Source of the DNA: an uncultured Eggerthellaceae bacterium
Lineage (GTDB): Bacteria > Actinomycetota > Coriobacteriia > Coriobacteriales > Eggerthellaceae
Reading direction: 5' to 3'
DNA: 64,000 nucleotides
NCBI GenBank assembly: GCA_934617425.1
Contig: CAKTUD010000002.1
Span: 10,011 to 74,010, forward strand
Part shown: piece by piece, positions 40,205-49,392 of the stretch
How the letters are laid out: every line of letters begins with the position of its first letter
How positions within the stretch are numbered: the stretch's first letter is position 1
Position numbers and translations under genes: made by a program
Notes under the pieces: model-generated
The model's database searches: none
Told to the model about the DNA's origin: nothing
What the model saw: only the letters and a program-made list of their open reading frames with translations

Positions 40205-43200
40205 ATGGCTCTCAAACCAGGGCAGGTCAAATGCATCAATACGCTCGATGAGCCGCTGGTGGTTGCCGCTGGCGCTGGCTCGGGAAAGACGTTCACGCTT
40301 ACGCGGCGAATAGTCCATGCTCTCGAATCGGGCTATGTTGACGACATCGACCAGATTTTGGCCATCACGTTCACCAAAAAGTCTGCGGGCGAGTTGAAAT
40401 CGCGCGTGAAGTCGTCGTTGCGTGGCGCTGGCATGGTCGATCAAGCTCTGAAAGTCGACGAGGCGTGGATATCGACCATTCATGGCATGTGCGCGCGCAT
40501 TTTGCGTGCGCACGCCGTTCAGCTCGATATCGATCCGGCGTTTTCGGTAGTTGACGATGCGACGCTTAGGGACATGCGTTCTCGAGCGATAGAAGCCGCG
40601 TTGGTCGAAGCGCGCGAGCAAAACGGCGAGGCGCTATCTAGGCTATTTGCCGAATACCAAAGCGCATCCCAGGCATCGTTTTCGGCTTCTTCGGTGCAAG
40701 ATATGCTGGATGCCCTCGTGGTCAAGATGTCGTCTTTGCCGGACGGTGCAGATTCGCTGGCCGCTTTGCCCAAAACGATCGAGCCGGCGTTTGCGCTAAG
40801 CGAATTTGCGGCGACGATGGAGGCGATGCTTGGTTGGGCCGACCAACAAAAGGATTCCGCCAGCAAAGATTCTTTCACTGCTGCGGCAACTGAAGCGCGG
40901 GATATGGCCCAAAAAGCGCTCGACGAGGGAAAGGTTGATTCTCAATCGGTTCTTGCAGTTATGTCGCTTGCTCCTTCGGGCGCCCGATTCGGATCGAAGG
41001 ATTTTAAAGCCGCGGTGAAAAGCGCGGTTTCCGATTTGCGCATTTATGCGGCGGCTGTTCGCTTGTCTGCGGCAAAGCCCCAGCTGGAAACATTGCTTGC
41101 ACTGTCGCGCCGCGCGAGCGAGCTGCTTTTCGCGGCGAAGGCTCAAGCGGGGCTTTTGAGCAATGATGATCTGCTGATGAAAGCTTCTAAGGCTATTGTG
41201 GAGCACCCCGATATCGCTAGCCGCTATGAAGATAAATTCAAGCTGATCATGGTGGATGAGTTTCAGGACACCGATCAGATGCAGGTCGATATGATTAAGC
41301 TTTTGGCCGGTCCCGGCGCTAAGCGATTGTGCGTGGTGGGGGATGCGCAGCAGAGCATCTATCGGTTCCGTGGCGCCGACGTGTCTGTTTATCGGAGCCA
41401 TCTGTCCCAGGTTGAGCGCGAAAACGAGCAAGGTATCGTGCTCTTGCCCGACAATTTCCGCAGTCATCGAGATATCCTCTCGTTTGTCGATAGGGTGTTC
41501 GAGCGCGATGCCATGTTTGGAAAGGAATTCATGTCGCTTTCGCCCTCGCGCGACGAGTCTGAGGTGAAGCGGCCGTTTATGGGGGAAGGTCCGCGCATTT
41601 TCGTGCAGCACGCTTCGTATCCTTCGTCTGGCGGCACGGAGCTTTTGCGCGAGAAGGCGGCGAAGGCGATAGCTCAACGCTTTGCGGAGTTTGCGCAAAA
41701 GGGCCATTCTGCGAGCGACATGGTGATTCTTTTGGGGACCATGTCGAACGCGGCGATATATGCCCAGGCTGTACGCGACGCAGGACTTCCCTGCGTCATA
41801 TCGGGCGGCTCCGTTTTAAAGGATGCGCGTGAGACGGCGCTGGTTTGCTCCCTTTTGCAGTGGCTGGCTGATCCGCAGCAGACGGAACAGTTGTTCAATG
41901 CGCTTGCCGGCCCCTTGTTCGGTTTGGGCCCGGATGATTTGATCGCGCTCGCCACGCGCGAGGTGAAAGAGGGGACGTACGTGCGGCGCGACCTCGATGC
42001 CGGGCTTGCCTTCTTCGCGCATGCGCTCTCGCAGGGCAATGATGCGTCTGCAAGCGTATCTCCCGAGTTGGCTTGTGCGGTTGATGTTTTGAGTCGCGCG
42101 CTTTCGCGCGTGGGAGTAGACGCTGCCGCCGATATATTGAGGGATGTCTTTGTCGAGTCGGGCTGGATTTCCCGTATGCAGCAGCAAGGCGAAGAAGGGC
42201 GCTCCAGCGTGGCAAACGTCTACAAACTCATACGTCTTGCACGTGAACAGGAACGTGCGGATTCGCTTGGCATCGTCTCGCTTGCTAAGCGCTTCAGTAC
42301 CTCGATTGCGCAGACAGTGGAGGCACCGGGGGCTCTTTCGGTCTCGGGCGGGAATTTTGTGCGCATCATGACCATGCATGCTTCCAAAGGCCTAGAGTTC
42401 CCCATCGTCGCTGTGGCCGAAATGAAGTCGACGTCTCTTCGTCCGTCGCGTTTATCGCTCGACGTCGTGGACGGGCGTCTTTATGCTTCGCTTGATCTCG
42501 GCAACTCGGCCGACGGCCTTTCCGGGGTGGCGAAAATCGACAACGAGATGCTCGATTCGCTGCTCGACGAAGACCTTTCCGAAGACGACATCCCCGTCAA
42601 GATGGCTGCATGCGACGATGCACTCGAGCTGCGCGCCCTGATGAGGGCGCGTGCGAGCATGGGCGATGCCGAGGAAGCAAAGCGCTTGCTCTACGTTGCT
42701 CTTACACGCGCAAAAGAAGCGCTTATCATATCCACTTTCGGCAACCGCACGAAGGATCGTCCAAACGGCGCCCCGAAAAACGTGTTCGCTTCAATCGGTC
42801 CGGCGCTTACTGGTGGCGAGGATTGGTTTGATCGAGGCGCAAGTTTGTTCGATTTCGGCGGCGAGCATCCGGCTTCCGTCAGCCATGTTGCGTTTAATGC
42901 CGATGGTTCGGAAGAAGGCGCTTTTGAGGAGGGAAACGGTTGCCTTGACGAAGATGCGCCCGCTTGCTCTGAAGGGAGTTCGCCTGGTCGTCCTGGCGAG
43001 GTCGATGCGCTCGACGTAACGAAACCCGCCGTGGGCTCTTCTAGCGAGGGTTTCGCCGTTCCCTTTATTGGGGACCGGTTTAAAACGGACGACGTGGCTG
43101 CCGAAAGCGCGCATAAAGATATTTTCAGCTACTCGTCCGTGGCGGATGCCTCGCACGAAGGCGGCCTTCTCGAAGAGCTGGCAAGCCGTTTCATGGTTAA

Positions 43201-43990
43201 AACCGACGGCGGCGAGGTGTGCTGCGCTGCAGAGCGTGACGTTGGTGCAAATTGCGCCAACGAAATGATTTTTGCCGAAGGAATCGAGCCTGACGAGGCT
43301 GCGAACTGGCTTTCTTCCGATATGCGCGCAGCGGACGATAAAGCGACCGATTTAGGTACGGCGTTCCACCGTCTTGCTCAATACGCCGTCTGCACTCGAA
43401 AGCTCACGGGTGCGTTGGCGTATCCTCCAAAGGAGCGCGTGGCCGCCCTCGAGAAGGCGTGCCATCTTGGCGCTGAGGATTGCGCTCGTTTGCGGATTGC
43501 GCTCGAGCGTTGGTTTGCAAGCGATATCGTCCAGGCCATTGCCTCGAGAGCGACGCTTATGGCGGAAGTTCCCTTTTTCGTGGATTTACCCGTGGGGAAA
43601 GATCATTCGGAGGGAATCCACATGCCCGGGCGCGCAACTGAGCATGTGTTCCTTGAGGGAGAGATCGACCTTTTAGCCTGCGACGCTGCGGCGCATACAG
43701 GCTCTTTCGAGGGTGCTACGGCTTATGTTGTCGATTACAAGACCGGTGGTTTTTCGACGCAAGATGTTCGTCAGCTCGCTCTCAAGCACGTTCTGCAAGC
43801 ATCGTGCTATGCCTACGCTTTGATTCGCCAAGGATTTGCGGCCGTCGAGGCAACTTTCGTTCGCGTGGAGCAACGAAGCGCTGCTGACCCCGATCAGCCT
43901 CAAAGCATCGTATATCGCTTTGCCGCAAAAGATAAGGCTTTTCTCGAGCAGGCGATTCTTCAAGCGTATCGCCAGACCGCGCGCGCATAG
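40205..43990 (+). CDS. addA: AddA/RexA-type UvrD-family helicase-nuclease subunit A
   Basis: Contains the Walker A motif AGAGSGKTFTL, helicase motifs MVDEFQDTD, VGDAQQSIYRFRGA, TMHASKGLEFP and LLYVALTRAKE, and the C-terminal nuclease motif VVDYKTG. Confidence 0.93.
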   Translation: MALKPGQVKCINTLDEPLVVAAGAGSGKTFTLTRRIVHALESGYVDDIDQILAITFTKKSAGELKSRVKSSLRGAGMVDQALKVDEAWISTIHGMCARILRAHAVQLDIDPAFSVVDDATLRDMRSRAIEAALVEAREQNGEALSRLFAEYQSASQASFSASSVQDMLDALVVKMSSLPDGADSLAALPKTIEPAFALSEFAATMEAMLGWADQQKDSASKDSFTAAATEARDMAQKALDEGKVDSQSVLAVMSLAPSGARFGSKDFKAAVKSAVSDLRIYAAAVRLSAAKPQLETLLALSRRASELLFAAKAQAGLLSNDDLLMKASKAIVEHPDIASRYEDKFKLIMVDEFQDTDQMQVDMIKLLAGPGAKRLCVVGDAQQSIYRFRGADVSVYRSHLSQVERENEQGIVLLPDNFRSHRDILSFVDRVFERDAMFGKEFMSLSPSRDESEVKRPFMGEGPRIFVQHASYPSSGGTELLREKAAKAIAQRFAEFAQKGHSASDMVILLGTMSNAAIYAQAVRDAGLPCVISGGSVLKDARETALVCSLLQWLADPQQTEQLFNALAGPLFGLGPDDLIALATREVKEGTYVRRDLDAGLAFFAHALSQGNDASASVSPELACAVDVLSRALSRVGVDAAADILRDVFVESGWISRMQQQGEEGRSSVANVYKLIRLAREQERADSLGIVSLAKRFSTSIAQTVEAPGALSVSGGNFVRIMTMHASKGLEFPIVAVAEMKSTSLRPSRLSLDVVDGRLYASLDLGNSADGLSGVAKIDNEMLDSLLDEDLSEDDIPVKMAACDDALELRALMRARASMGDAEEAKRLLYVALTRAKEALIISTFGNRTKDRPNGAPKNVFASIGPALTGGEDWFDRGASLFDFGGEHPASVSHVAFNADGSEEGAFEEGNGCLDEDAPACSEGSSPGRPGEVDALDVTKPAVGSSSEGFAVPFIGDRFKTDDVAAESAHKDIFSYSSVADASHEGGLLEELASRFMVKTDGGEVCCAAERDVGANCANEMIFAEGIEPDEAANWLSSDMRAADDKATDLGTAFHRLAQYAVCTRKLTGALAYPPKERVAALEKACHLGAEDCARLRIALERWFASDIVQAIASRATLMAEVPFFVDLPVGKDHSEGIHMPGRATEHVFLEGEIDLLACDAAAHTGSFEGATAYVVDYKTGGFSTQDVRQLALKHVLQASCYAYALIRQGFAAVEATFVRVEQRSAADPDQPQSIVYRFAAKDKAFLEQAILQAYRQTARA

Positions 43991-43995
43991 CAAAC

Positions 43996-44034
43996 GAAAG
44001 CGGGCCCGCATCGTCACGTCGCGGGCCCGCTTTC
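43996..44034. terminator. Bidirectional terminator between convergent addA and the hcp-like gene
   Basis: GAAA-GCGGGCCCGC-(11-nt loop)-GCGGGCCCGC-TTTC. Confidence 0.8.
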
Positions 44035-44055
44035 GATATATGATGGAAGCAAACG

Positions 44056-45063
44056 TTATTGCAAAAATTCCGCCAAATCGCTTTCGGCTTCGGTGGCGAA
44101 TTTCAAGCCGTATATTTGTTTGAACAGATTCACGATGCTATCGGTCAGGTATTCTGCCGGCACGGGGCCAAGTGAAACGTTCTTGATGCCAATCCAGACC
44201 AAGGTGAGGGCGGCGGCTACGCCTTCGCAATCGTCTCTCGAGATCAGATAACTTAGCGGCAGGTCATTGACGCTTGCGTTGAGCTTGCTGGCAAGGGCGA
44301 CGGAAATCTGCACTGCGGTGTAGAGTGCTTCTTTGCCGCCTAGATTGATTACGCGTTCTCGGTCGTCGATCTTGCCGAGGTCGAGCGACTCGAGGCGTTT
44401 GGCGATTTCTCCGAAGGCGACGAAAATGCTGTCGGCAGGTGCTGCTTTTGCGAGCGTCTCGTAATAGCCGAAAGCTGCATCGTCTTGACAGGCGCCACCG
44501 ACGAAGAAGACACGGCTTATCGTCTTGCTCTGCAAGCCTGCGGCAAGCGCAGATGCGATTTTGCTCGCAGGGTCGTCGGCGCCGGATTTCGTCCCCAGTG
44601 CTTCGAGAACGAACCAATTGACCTCGCCGACGCTGTTGGAAAGCTCAAGCAACTGTACCAGCGTGCTTTCGGGGTTGCCGATGGTGAAAAGACCCGCACG
44701 GAAAAATGCATTTACTTCAGGGTTGGAGAGCTCTTGATTTCGAGCCAGAAGCGTGGGGCCGGCGGCGTCGCGCAGGCCATCGAGGATCATCAGCTTGAGG
44801 CCGCGTTCGTTGTCGTTTCCGGCGAGGCTGCCCATGTCGAAATCGGCGATGGCGGCGCTTTCCGATTCTTTTGCCAGGCGCGCGTTTTCTTCATGGGCGC
44901 GCTCGGCGAAGGCAAGCAGCGTGGCGTCGGCGGCGTTGCCGGCGCTTGCGGCAGTGCCGCCGATAACGATGTCGTCAGTCTCGTCCGACACGAATTTCGT
45001 TGCGCGGCCGGCTGTATCGGAAAGGGCGATAAGCGCGCCTGTAAGCGCATCGCGTGCGTTCAT
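44056..45063 (-). CDS. Truncated hybrid-cluster-protein (Hcp/prismane)-like protein lacking the N-terminal Cys motif, the middle domain and most hybrid-cluster ligands
   Basis: The C-terminal part ...VINLGGKEALYTAVQISVALASKLNASVNDLPLSYLISRDDCEGVAAALTLVWIGIKNVSLGPVPAEYLT... is collinear with the Hcp C-terminus (see finding). SD AGGAA lies upstream. Confidence 0.7.
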   Translation of the reverse strand: MNARDALTGALIALSDTAGRATKFVSDETDDIVIGGTAASAGNAADATLLAFAERAHEENARLAKESESAAIADFDMGSLAGNDNERGLKLMILDGLRDAAGPTLLARNQELSNPEVNAFFRAGLFTIGNPESTLVQLLELSNSVGEVNWFVLEALGTKSGADDPASKIASALAAGLQSKTISRVFFVGGACQDDAAFGYYETLAKAAPADSIFVAFGEIAKRLESLDLGKIDDRERVINLGGKEALYTAVQISVALASKLNASVNDLPLSYLISRDDCEGVAAALTLVWIGIKNVSLGPVPAEYLTDSIVNLFKQIYGLKFATEAESDLAEFLQ

Positions 45064-45257
45064 ATGTATTCCTAACTATCGGGATGCTTGGCAGTGCATA
45101 GCTGCGGCGCTTGGCGCGGCGGCTATTTTCGACGAAGCAATTGTAACAGCGCCCGCGTGCCCGAGCTCCATGAAAAGACAAGCGTTTCGTCGGCATTACG
45201 GTTTGGCAACTAACGCGGCGCTGCCGTATCACGCGATTCGTTCGTTGAGTTGGCGCG

Positions 45258-45301
45258 CAGGAAAGCGAACCGCCCCGAGTTTGGCAATCGGGGCGGTTCG
45301 C
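45258..45301 (-). terminator. Hairpin terminator downstream of the Fe-S protein gene
   Basis: 14-bp stem GCGAACCGCCCCGA/TCGGGGCGGTTCGC, with TTTCC following on the minus strand. Confidence 0.65.
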
Positions 45302-45311
45302 TAGGCTTTTT

Positions 45312-46067
45312 CTATTCGAGGATGCGTCCGTCGAGAGAAAACGTGGTCACTTGCCAAGGAATGAATTTCCCGCTTATCTGCAGGGCGCGCTTGGCCATCT
45401 GCTCCAAGCCGCCGCAACAGGGTACTTCCATACGTGTGATGGTGACGCTCTTGATGTCGTTTTGGGCGATTATCGCTGCGAGCTTCTCGCTGTAATCGGT
45501 TCCATCGAGTTTGGGGCACCCGATGAGACATTTTTTGCCACGGACGAAATCGTGGTGGAAATCGCCGTAGGAATAAGCGCAGCAATCGGCGGCGATGAGG
45601 AGATTCGCGCCGTCGAAATAAGGGGCTTGGATAGGTGCGAGCTTGATTTGCACCGGCCAATTCTGCAGTTCGGATGGCACGTTTCGCATTGCGACACCGC
45701 CGCTGACCTCGTTTGCCAGCGGGTTTGCGGCGATGCTGTCGTGATGCATCTCGCGTGAGCGCGAGCCGGGGCAGCCGCCCTCGTGGTGATGGTGGACGGG
45801 CGCTTCTGCTTGGGGAAGCTCAACCTTTCTCTGCTGTTTGCTGGCCAAAACGGCGGCTTCGTCGTAGGCCTTGGCCTCGCGTTCGATGAAGGATATGGCG
45901 TCGGCAGGGCAGGCCGGCAGGCAATCGCCCAGGCCATCGCAGAAATCGTCACGCAGGAGCTTCGCCTTGCCGCCCACCATTCCGATGGCTCCCTCGTGGC
46001 AAGCTTGCGCGCAAAGGCCGCAGCCGGTGCATTTCTCTTCGTCGATATGAATTATCTTTCTGAGCAT
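45312..46067 (-). CDS. Iron-sulfur protein: N-terminal 2x[4Fe-4S] ferredoxin-type domain, His-run linker and Cys-pair-rich C-terminal domain
   Basis: Contains CTGCGLCAQAC, CDGLGDCLPACP, VHHHHEGGCPGS, ADCCAYSY, CLIGCPKLDG and VPCCGGL. The ATG at 46067 is preceded by GAGGGAG. The longer track ORF (to 46370) runs into the divergent gene. Confidence 0.8.
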   Translation of the reverse strand: MLRKIIHIDEEKCTGCGLCAQACHEGAIGMVGGKAKLLRDDFCDGLGDCLPACPADAISFIEREAKAYDEAAVLASKQQRKVELPQAEAPVHHHHEGGCPGSRSREMHHDSIAANPLANEVSGGVAMRNVPSELQNWPVQIKLAPIQAPYFDGANLLIAADCCAYSYGDFHHDFVRGKKCLIGCPKLDGTDYSEKLAAIIAQNDIKSVTITRMEVPCCGGLEQMAKRALQISGKFIPWQVTTFSLDGRILE

Positions 46068-46177
46068 GAAGATCTCCCTCTCGTCTCGTGATGTGATTTT
46101 ACGCGAGGCGTCGGGGCGCCTGCGTTGCCAAGGCAAAATGTGGATATTTGGGGGACGGAGGATGCTGCCCCGTCGGT

Positions 46178-46183
46178 TATAAT
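46178..46183 (+). promoter_or_regulatory. Consensus -10 hexamer (TATAAT) placed for a leaderless transcript of the FAD oxidoreductase gene
   Basis: TATAAT ends 7 nt before the ATG at 46191. There is no SD. Confidence 0.35.
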
Positions 46184-46190
46184 CGACGCC

Positions 46191-47519
46191 ATGAAACGAA
46201 TCGCTGTCATAGGCGGCGGCGCCGCCGGTCTTGCTTGCGCAGTCGCCGCTGCATCGAGCTGCTGCGCTTTGGGGCGCGAAGCGCAAATCGTGCTGTTCGA
46301 ACGCGACGAACGCGTTGGCAGGACGATTCTTGCCACGGGCAACGGGCGCTGCAATTTTTCGAATTCCCATCTCGAACTGGGCGAGTATCGCAATGCCGAA
46401 TTCGTTGCCCGGGTGCTTGCTTCGCTCGAGGCTGCTTTGCGCGAGCGCAGCGAATTTGCTTGGTTGTCAAATGCTGTCGACCCAAAGCAGGATGCGTCTG
46501 CTTCTCCTTGTGGCGAAAACAAAGGAGATGCCCTTCGCCTGCTCGATGCTGTGCATCGCTTTTTCGCTTTGCTTGGCTTGGCGTGGCGCGAAGAGCGGGA
46601 CGGTCGCCAGTATCCGTTGGCGAACAAAGCGTCTTCGGTGCTCGATGTGCTGCGTTTCGCCATCGATCGTTTGGGCGTGCAGGTGCGTTGTGATACCGCG
46701 ATTGCCGAAATCGATCCTCCGCGCAAGCCCGGTGCTCCCTATACGTTGCGTACGCAAGAAGGCGTTTTCGAACGCGTGGATGCCGTGGTGGTAGCGGTTG
46801 GGGGCAGGGCTTGCGCGAAGTTGCGGATAGCCGATTTGCCAAAACCTCGCCTGCGGCCCGTTTTGGGCCCCCTCGCAACCGATGTCGCGCTTATCAAAGA
46901 GCTCAATAACATCCGCGTTCGCGCAAGTGTTTCGCTTATCAGGTTCGTTGACGGTTGCCGACAGGAGATAGCCGTTGAGCCCGGGGAGATCATGTTTCGC
47001 AAATACGGTGTTTCGGGCATCGCTGCGTTCAATCTTTCCCGTTATGCCCAACCAGGCGATTTGCTGTCCATCGATTTCCTTTCGGAGGTTTGCGCGGGGG
47101 GCGCCGCGTCGTTTTGCGCGGCGCGCGCCAAGCGGATGCTCGAGGTGGATCCTCAGCTTACTTTCGATGGCTTTTTGCGTGGGCTGCTTTTGCCCCAGGT
47201 GGCGCATGTCGTTTTAAAGTATTGCGGAGTCGAAGGGTCCTCGCTTTTCGAGCGCGCCCAGCTCGGCGACCTTGTGACGGCTTTGAGCGATTTCTGCTTG
47301 ACGGTTCGTGGCATCGGCGACGAATCCAATTGCCAAGTGCAGCGCGGCGGCTATCCTATCGAGAGGATCGATCCCGCAACAATGGCGCAGGTCGGTTTGC
47401 CGGGGCTTTACTTTGCGGGCGAGACCTTGGATGTCGATGGGCCTTGCGGCGGCTACAACTTGCATTGGGCATGGGCGAGCGGCATGCTGGCCGGAGCTAG
47501 CGCCGTGCATGCTCTTTGA
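46191..47519 (+). CDS. NAD(P)/FAD-dependent oxidoreductase, HI0933/BaiN-like family
   Basis: Contains MKRIAVIGGGAAGLACAV (dinucleotide fold), GRTILATGNGRCNFSN and LYFAGETLDVDGPCGGYNLHWAWASG. Confidence 0.85.
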   Translation: MKRIAVIGGGAAGLACAVAAASSCCALGREAQIVLFERDERVGRTILATGNGRCNFSNSHLELGEYRNAEFVARVLASLEAALRERSEFAWLSNAVDPKQDASASPCGENKGDALRLLDAVHRFFALLGLAWREERDGRQYPLANKASSVLDVLRFAIDRLGVQVRCDTAIAEIDPPRKPGAPYTLRTQEGVFERVDAVVVAVGGRACAKLRIADLPKPRLRPVLGPLATDVALIKELNNIRVRASVSLIRFVDGCRQEIAVEPGEIMFRKYGVSGIAAFNLSRYAQPGDLLSIDFLSEVCAGGAASFCAARAKRMLEVDPQLTFDGFLRGLLLPQVAHVVLKYCGVEGSSLFERAQLGDLVTALSDFCLTVRGIGDESNCQVQRGGYPIERIDPATMAQVGLPGLYFAGETLDVDGPCGGYNLHWAWASGMLAGASAVHAL

Positions 47520-47558
47520 CGACGGATGCGTCTTCGAGACGCGGAACAGGATGAAAAT

Positions 47559-49391
47559 ATGATCGATGTGTCGAACATCCGCATGTCTCTCGATGCGGAT
47601 TTCTCCAAGGACGGCGGCGGCCTCACAGCTGCTGCGGCGCGTGCTTTGGGCATTGAGCCCCAGTCGATAGCACAGGTGCAGCTCGTCAAGCGAAGCGTTG
47701 ATGCCCGCAAAAAGGGCGACGTTCATTTCGTGGCTTCGCTTGCCGTCGCGTGCGTCGATCAGGGACAGGAGAAAAAGATCCTGGCGGGCAAGACGAAGCG
47801 TGCTTTGGGCGTTAACGTGAAAGAGCATGTTCCTTTCGCGCCGCTCGATATAGCCGATCTTTCCGACGACCCCGCTGTTTCTTATCGTCTTGCAAACACG
47901 CGCCCCGTTGTCGTCGGTTTTGGCCCCGCGGGCATGTTCGCCGCGCTTTACCTCGCCGAGGCGGGCCTGCGCCCTGTGGTTATCGAGCGCGGCGGCGATA
48001 TCGACGAGCGCATGCAGGCTGTTCGTGCGTTTGAAGAGGGAGGTCCCCTCGACATCACCACTAACGTCCAGTTCGGCGAAGGTGGTGCCGGCACGTTTTC
48101 CGACGGCAAGCTTACCACGGGCACCAAAAGCCCCTTGGCGCGCCACGTGCTTAGGGCATTTGTCGATGCTGGCGCGCCCGAAGAAATACTTTGGGAGGCG
48201 AAGCCCCATATCGGCACCGACAAGCTGGTTGGCGTTGTTCGCAATATCCGCAAGCGCATCGAAGATCTTGGCGGCGAAGTGCGCTTCCATACCAAGCTCG
48301 CCGACCTGAGCATTGTCGGCGGCGGTTTGGCCTCGGCGATCGTCGAAAATGCCAAGCCCGATCCTCACCCCGCCCCCGAAATCCCCGAAGATGCGCGCGT
48401 GCCTGCCTACAACGGGTCGCGGACTATGCGTATGCCGACTCGCTACATGATCTTGGCGTGCGGGCATTCGGCGCGCGATACGTTTGCCATGCTGAAAGAC
48501 GCTGGCTTTACCATGGAGCAAAAGCCCTTTTCGGTGGGTGTGCGCATCGAGCATCCGCAAACTGCCATCAATGCTGCCCAGTATGGCGTAGCCGCCACCC
48601 ACCCGGCGCTTTCGGCTGCCGACTACAAGTTGGTTGAGCATTTGCCGAACGGCCGCAGCGCCTATACGTTTTGCATGTGCCCGGGTGGTACCGTTGTCTG
48701 CGCCGCCAGCGAGGCCGACGGCGTGGTGGTGAATGGCATGAGCCGTTTTGCTCGCGATGCGGAAAACGCCAACTCTGCGTTGTTGGTGGGCGTTTCCCCA
48801 AGCGATTTCGGAAGCGACGATCCGCTGGCTGGCGTTGCTCTGCAGGAGCGGATCGAGCAAGCCGCCTATCGCATCGCGCAGCAAGCGGGTGGCAGCTTTT
48901 TTCAAGCTCCTGCGCAGACGGTGGGCGATTTCCTTGCGGGTTCTTCGGGCAATCCCTCGAAGACGGTTACGCCGTCGTATGCCCGCGGCGTCGTTTGGTG
49001 CGATCTGCACGAGTGCCTGCCCACCTTCGTAAGCGAGACCATCGCTTCGGCTCTGCCGGGCCTGGGTCGAAGCCTGCACGGCTTCGACGACCCCGAGGCG
49101 GTCATGACGGGTGTTGAGACGCGCAGCTCCTCGCCGGTGCGCGTCGTTCGCGATGGCGAGAGCCTCAATGCGCTATTGACGTCTGTGGATGTTGACGATG
49201 CTTCGTTTTCCAACATCTACCCTTGCGGCGAGGGGGCAGGATACGCAGGCGGCATCATGAGCGCTGCTGTCGACGGCTTGCGCTGCGCCATGGCCATGGT
49301 CGAGCGCCTCTCCGAGCCCCTCCCCGAAGAAGAGGGCGAAGAAGCTGAGGATTATTGGGACGAATATTGGATGAACAGCCCGGTGGACTAG
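47559..49391 (+). CDS. FAD-dependent dehydrogenase (COG2509-like)
   Basis: Contains VVVGFGPAGMFAALYLAEAG, NVQFGEGGAGTFSDGKLTT and YPCGEGAGYAGGIMSAAVDG. An alternative start lies at 47526. Confidence 0.82.
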   Translation: MIDVSNIRMSLDADFSKDGGGLTAAAARALGIEPQSIAQVQLVKRSVDARKKGDVHFVASLAVACVDQGQEKKILAGKTKRALGVNVKEHVPFAPLDIADLSDDPAVSYRLANTRPVVVGFGPAGMFAALYLAEAGLRPVVIERGGDIDERMQAVRAFEEGGPLDITTNVQFGEGGAGTFSDGKLTTGTKSPLARHVLRAFVDAGAPEEILWEAKPHIGTDKLVGVVRNIRKRIEDLGGEVRFHTKLADLSIVGGGLASAIVENAKPDPHPAPEIPEDARVPAYNGSRTMRMPTRYMILACGHSARDTFAMLKDAGFTMEQKPFSVGVRIEHPQTAINAAQYGVAATHPALSAADYKLVEHLPNGRSAYTFCMCPGGTVVCAASEADGVVVNGMSRFARDAENANSALLVGVSPSDFGSDDPLAGVALQERIEQAAYRIAQQAGGSFFQAPAQTVGDFLAGSSGNPSKTVTPSYARGVVWCDLHECLPTFVSETIASALPGLGRSLHGFDDPEAVMTGVETRSSSPVRVVRDGESLNALLTSVDVDDASFSNIYPCGEGAGYAGGIMSAAVDGLRCAMAMVERLSEPLPEEEGEEAEDYWDEYWMNSPVD

Positions 49392-49392
49392 C

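Noticed and set aside
46068-46370. N-terminal 101-codon extension of the Fe-S protein ORF
   Set aside because: It would run through the divergent promoter and into the FAD oxidoreductase gene. The ferredoxin domain starts at MLRKIIHIDEEKC, with a GAGGGAG SD at 46067.
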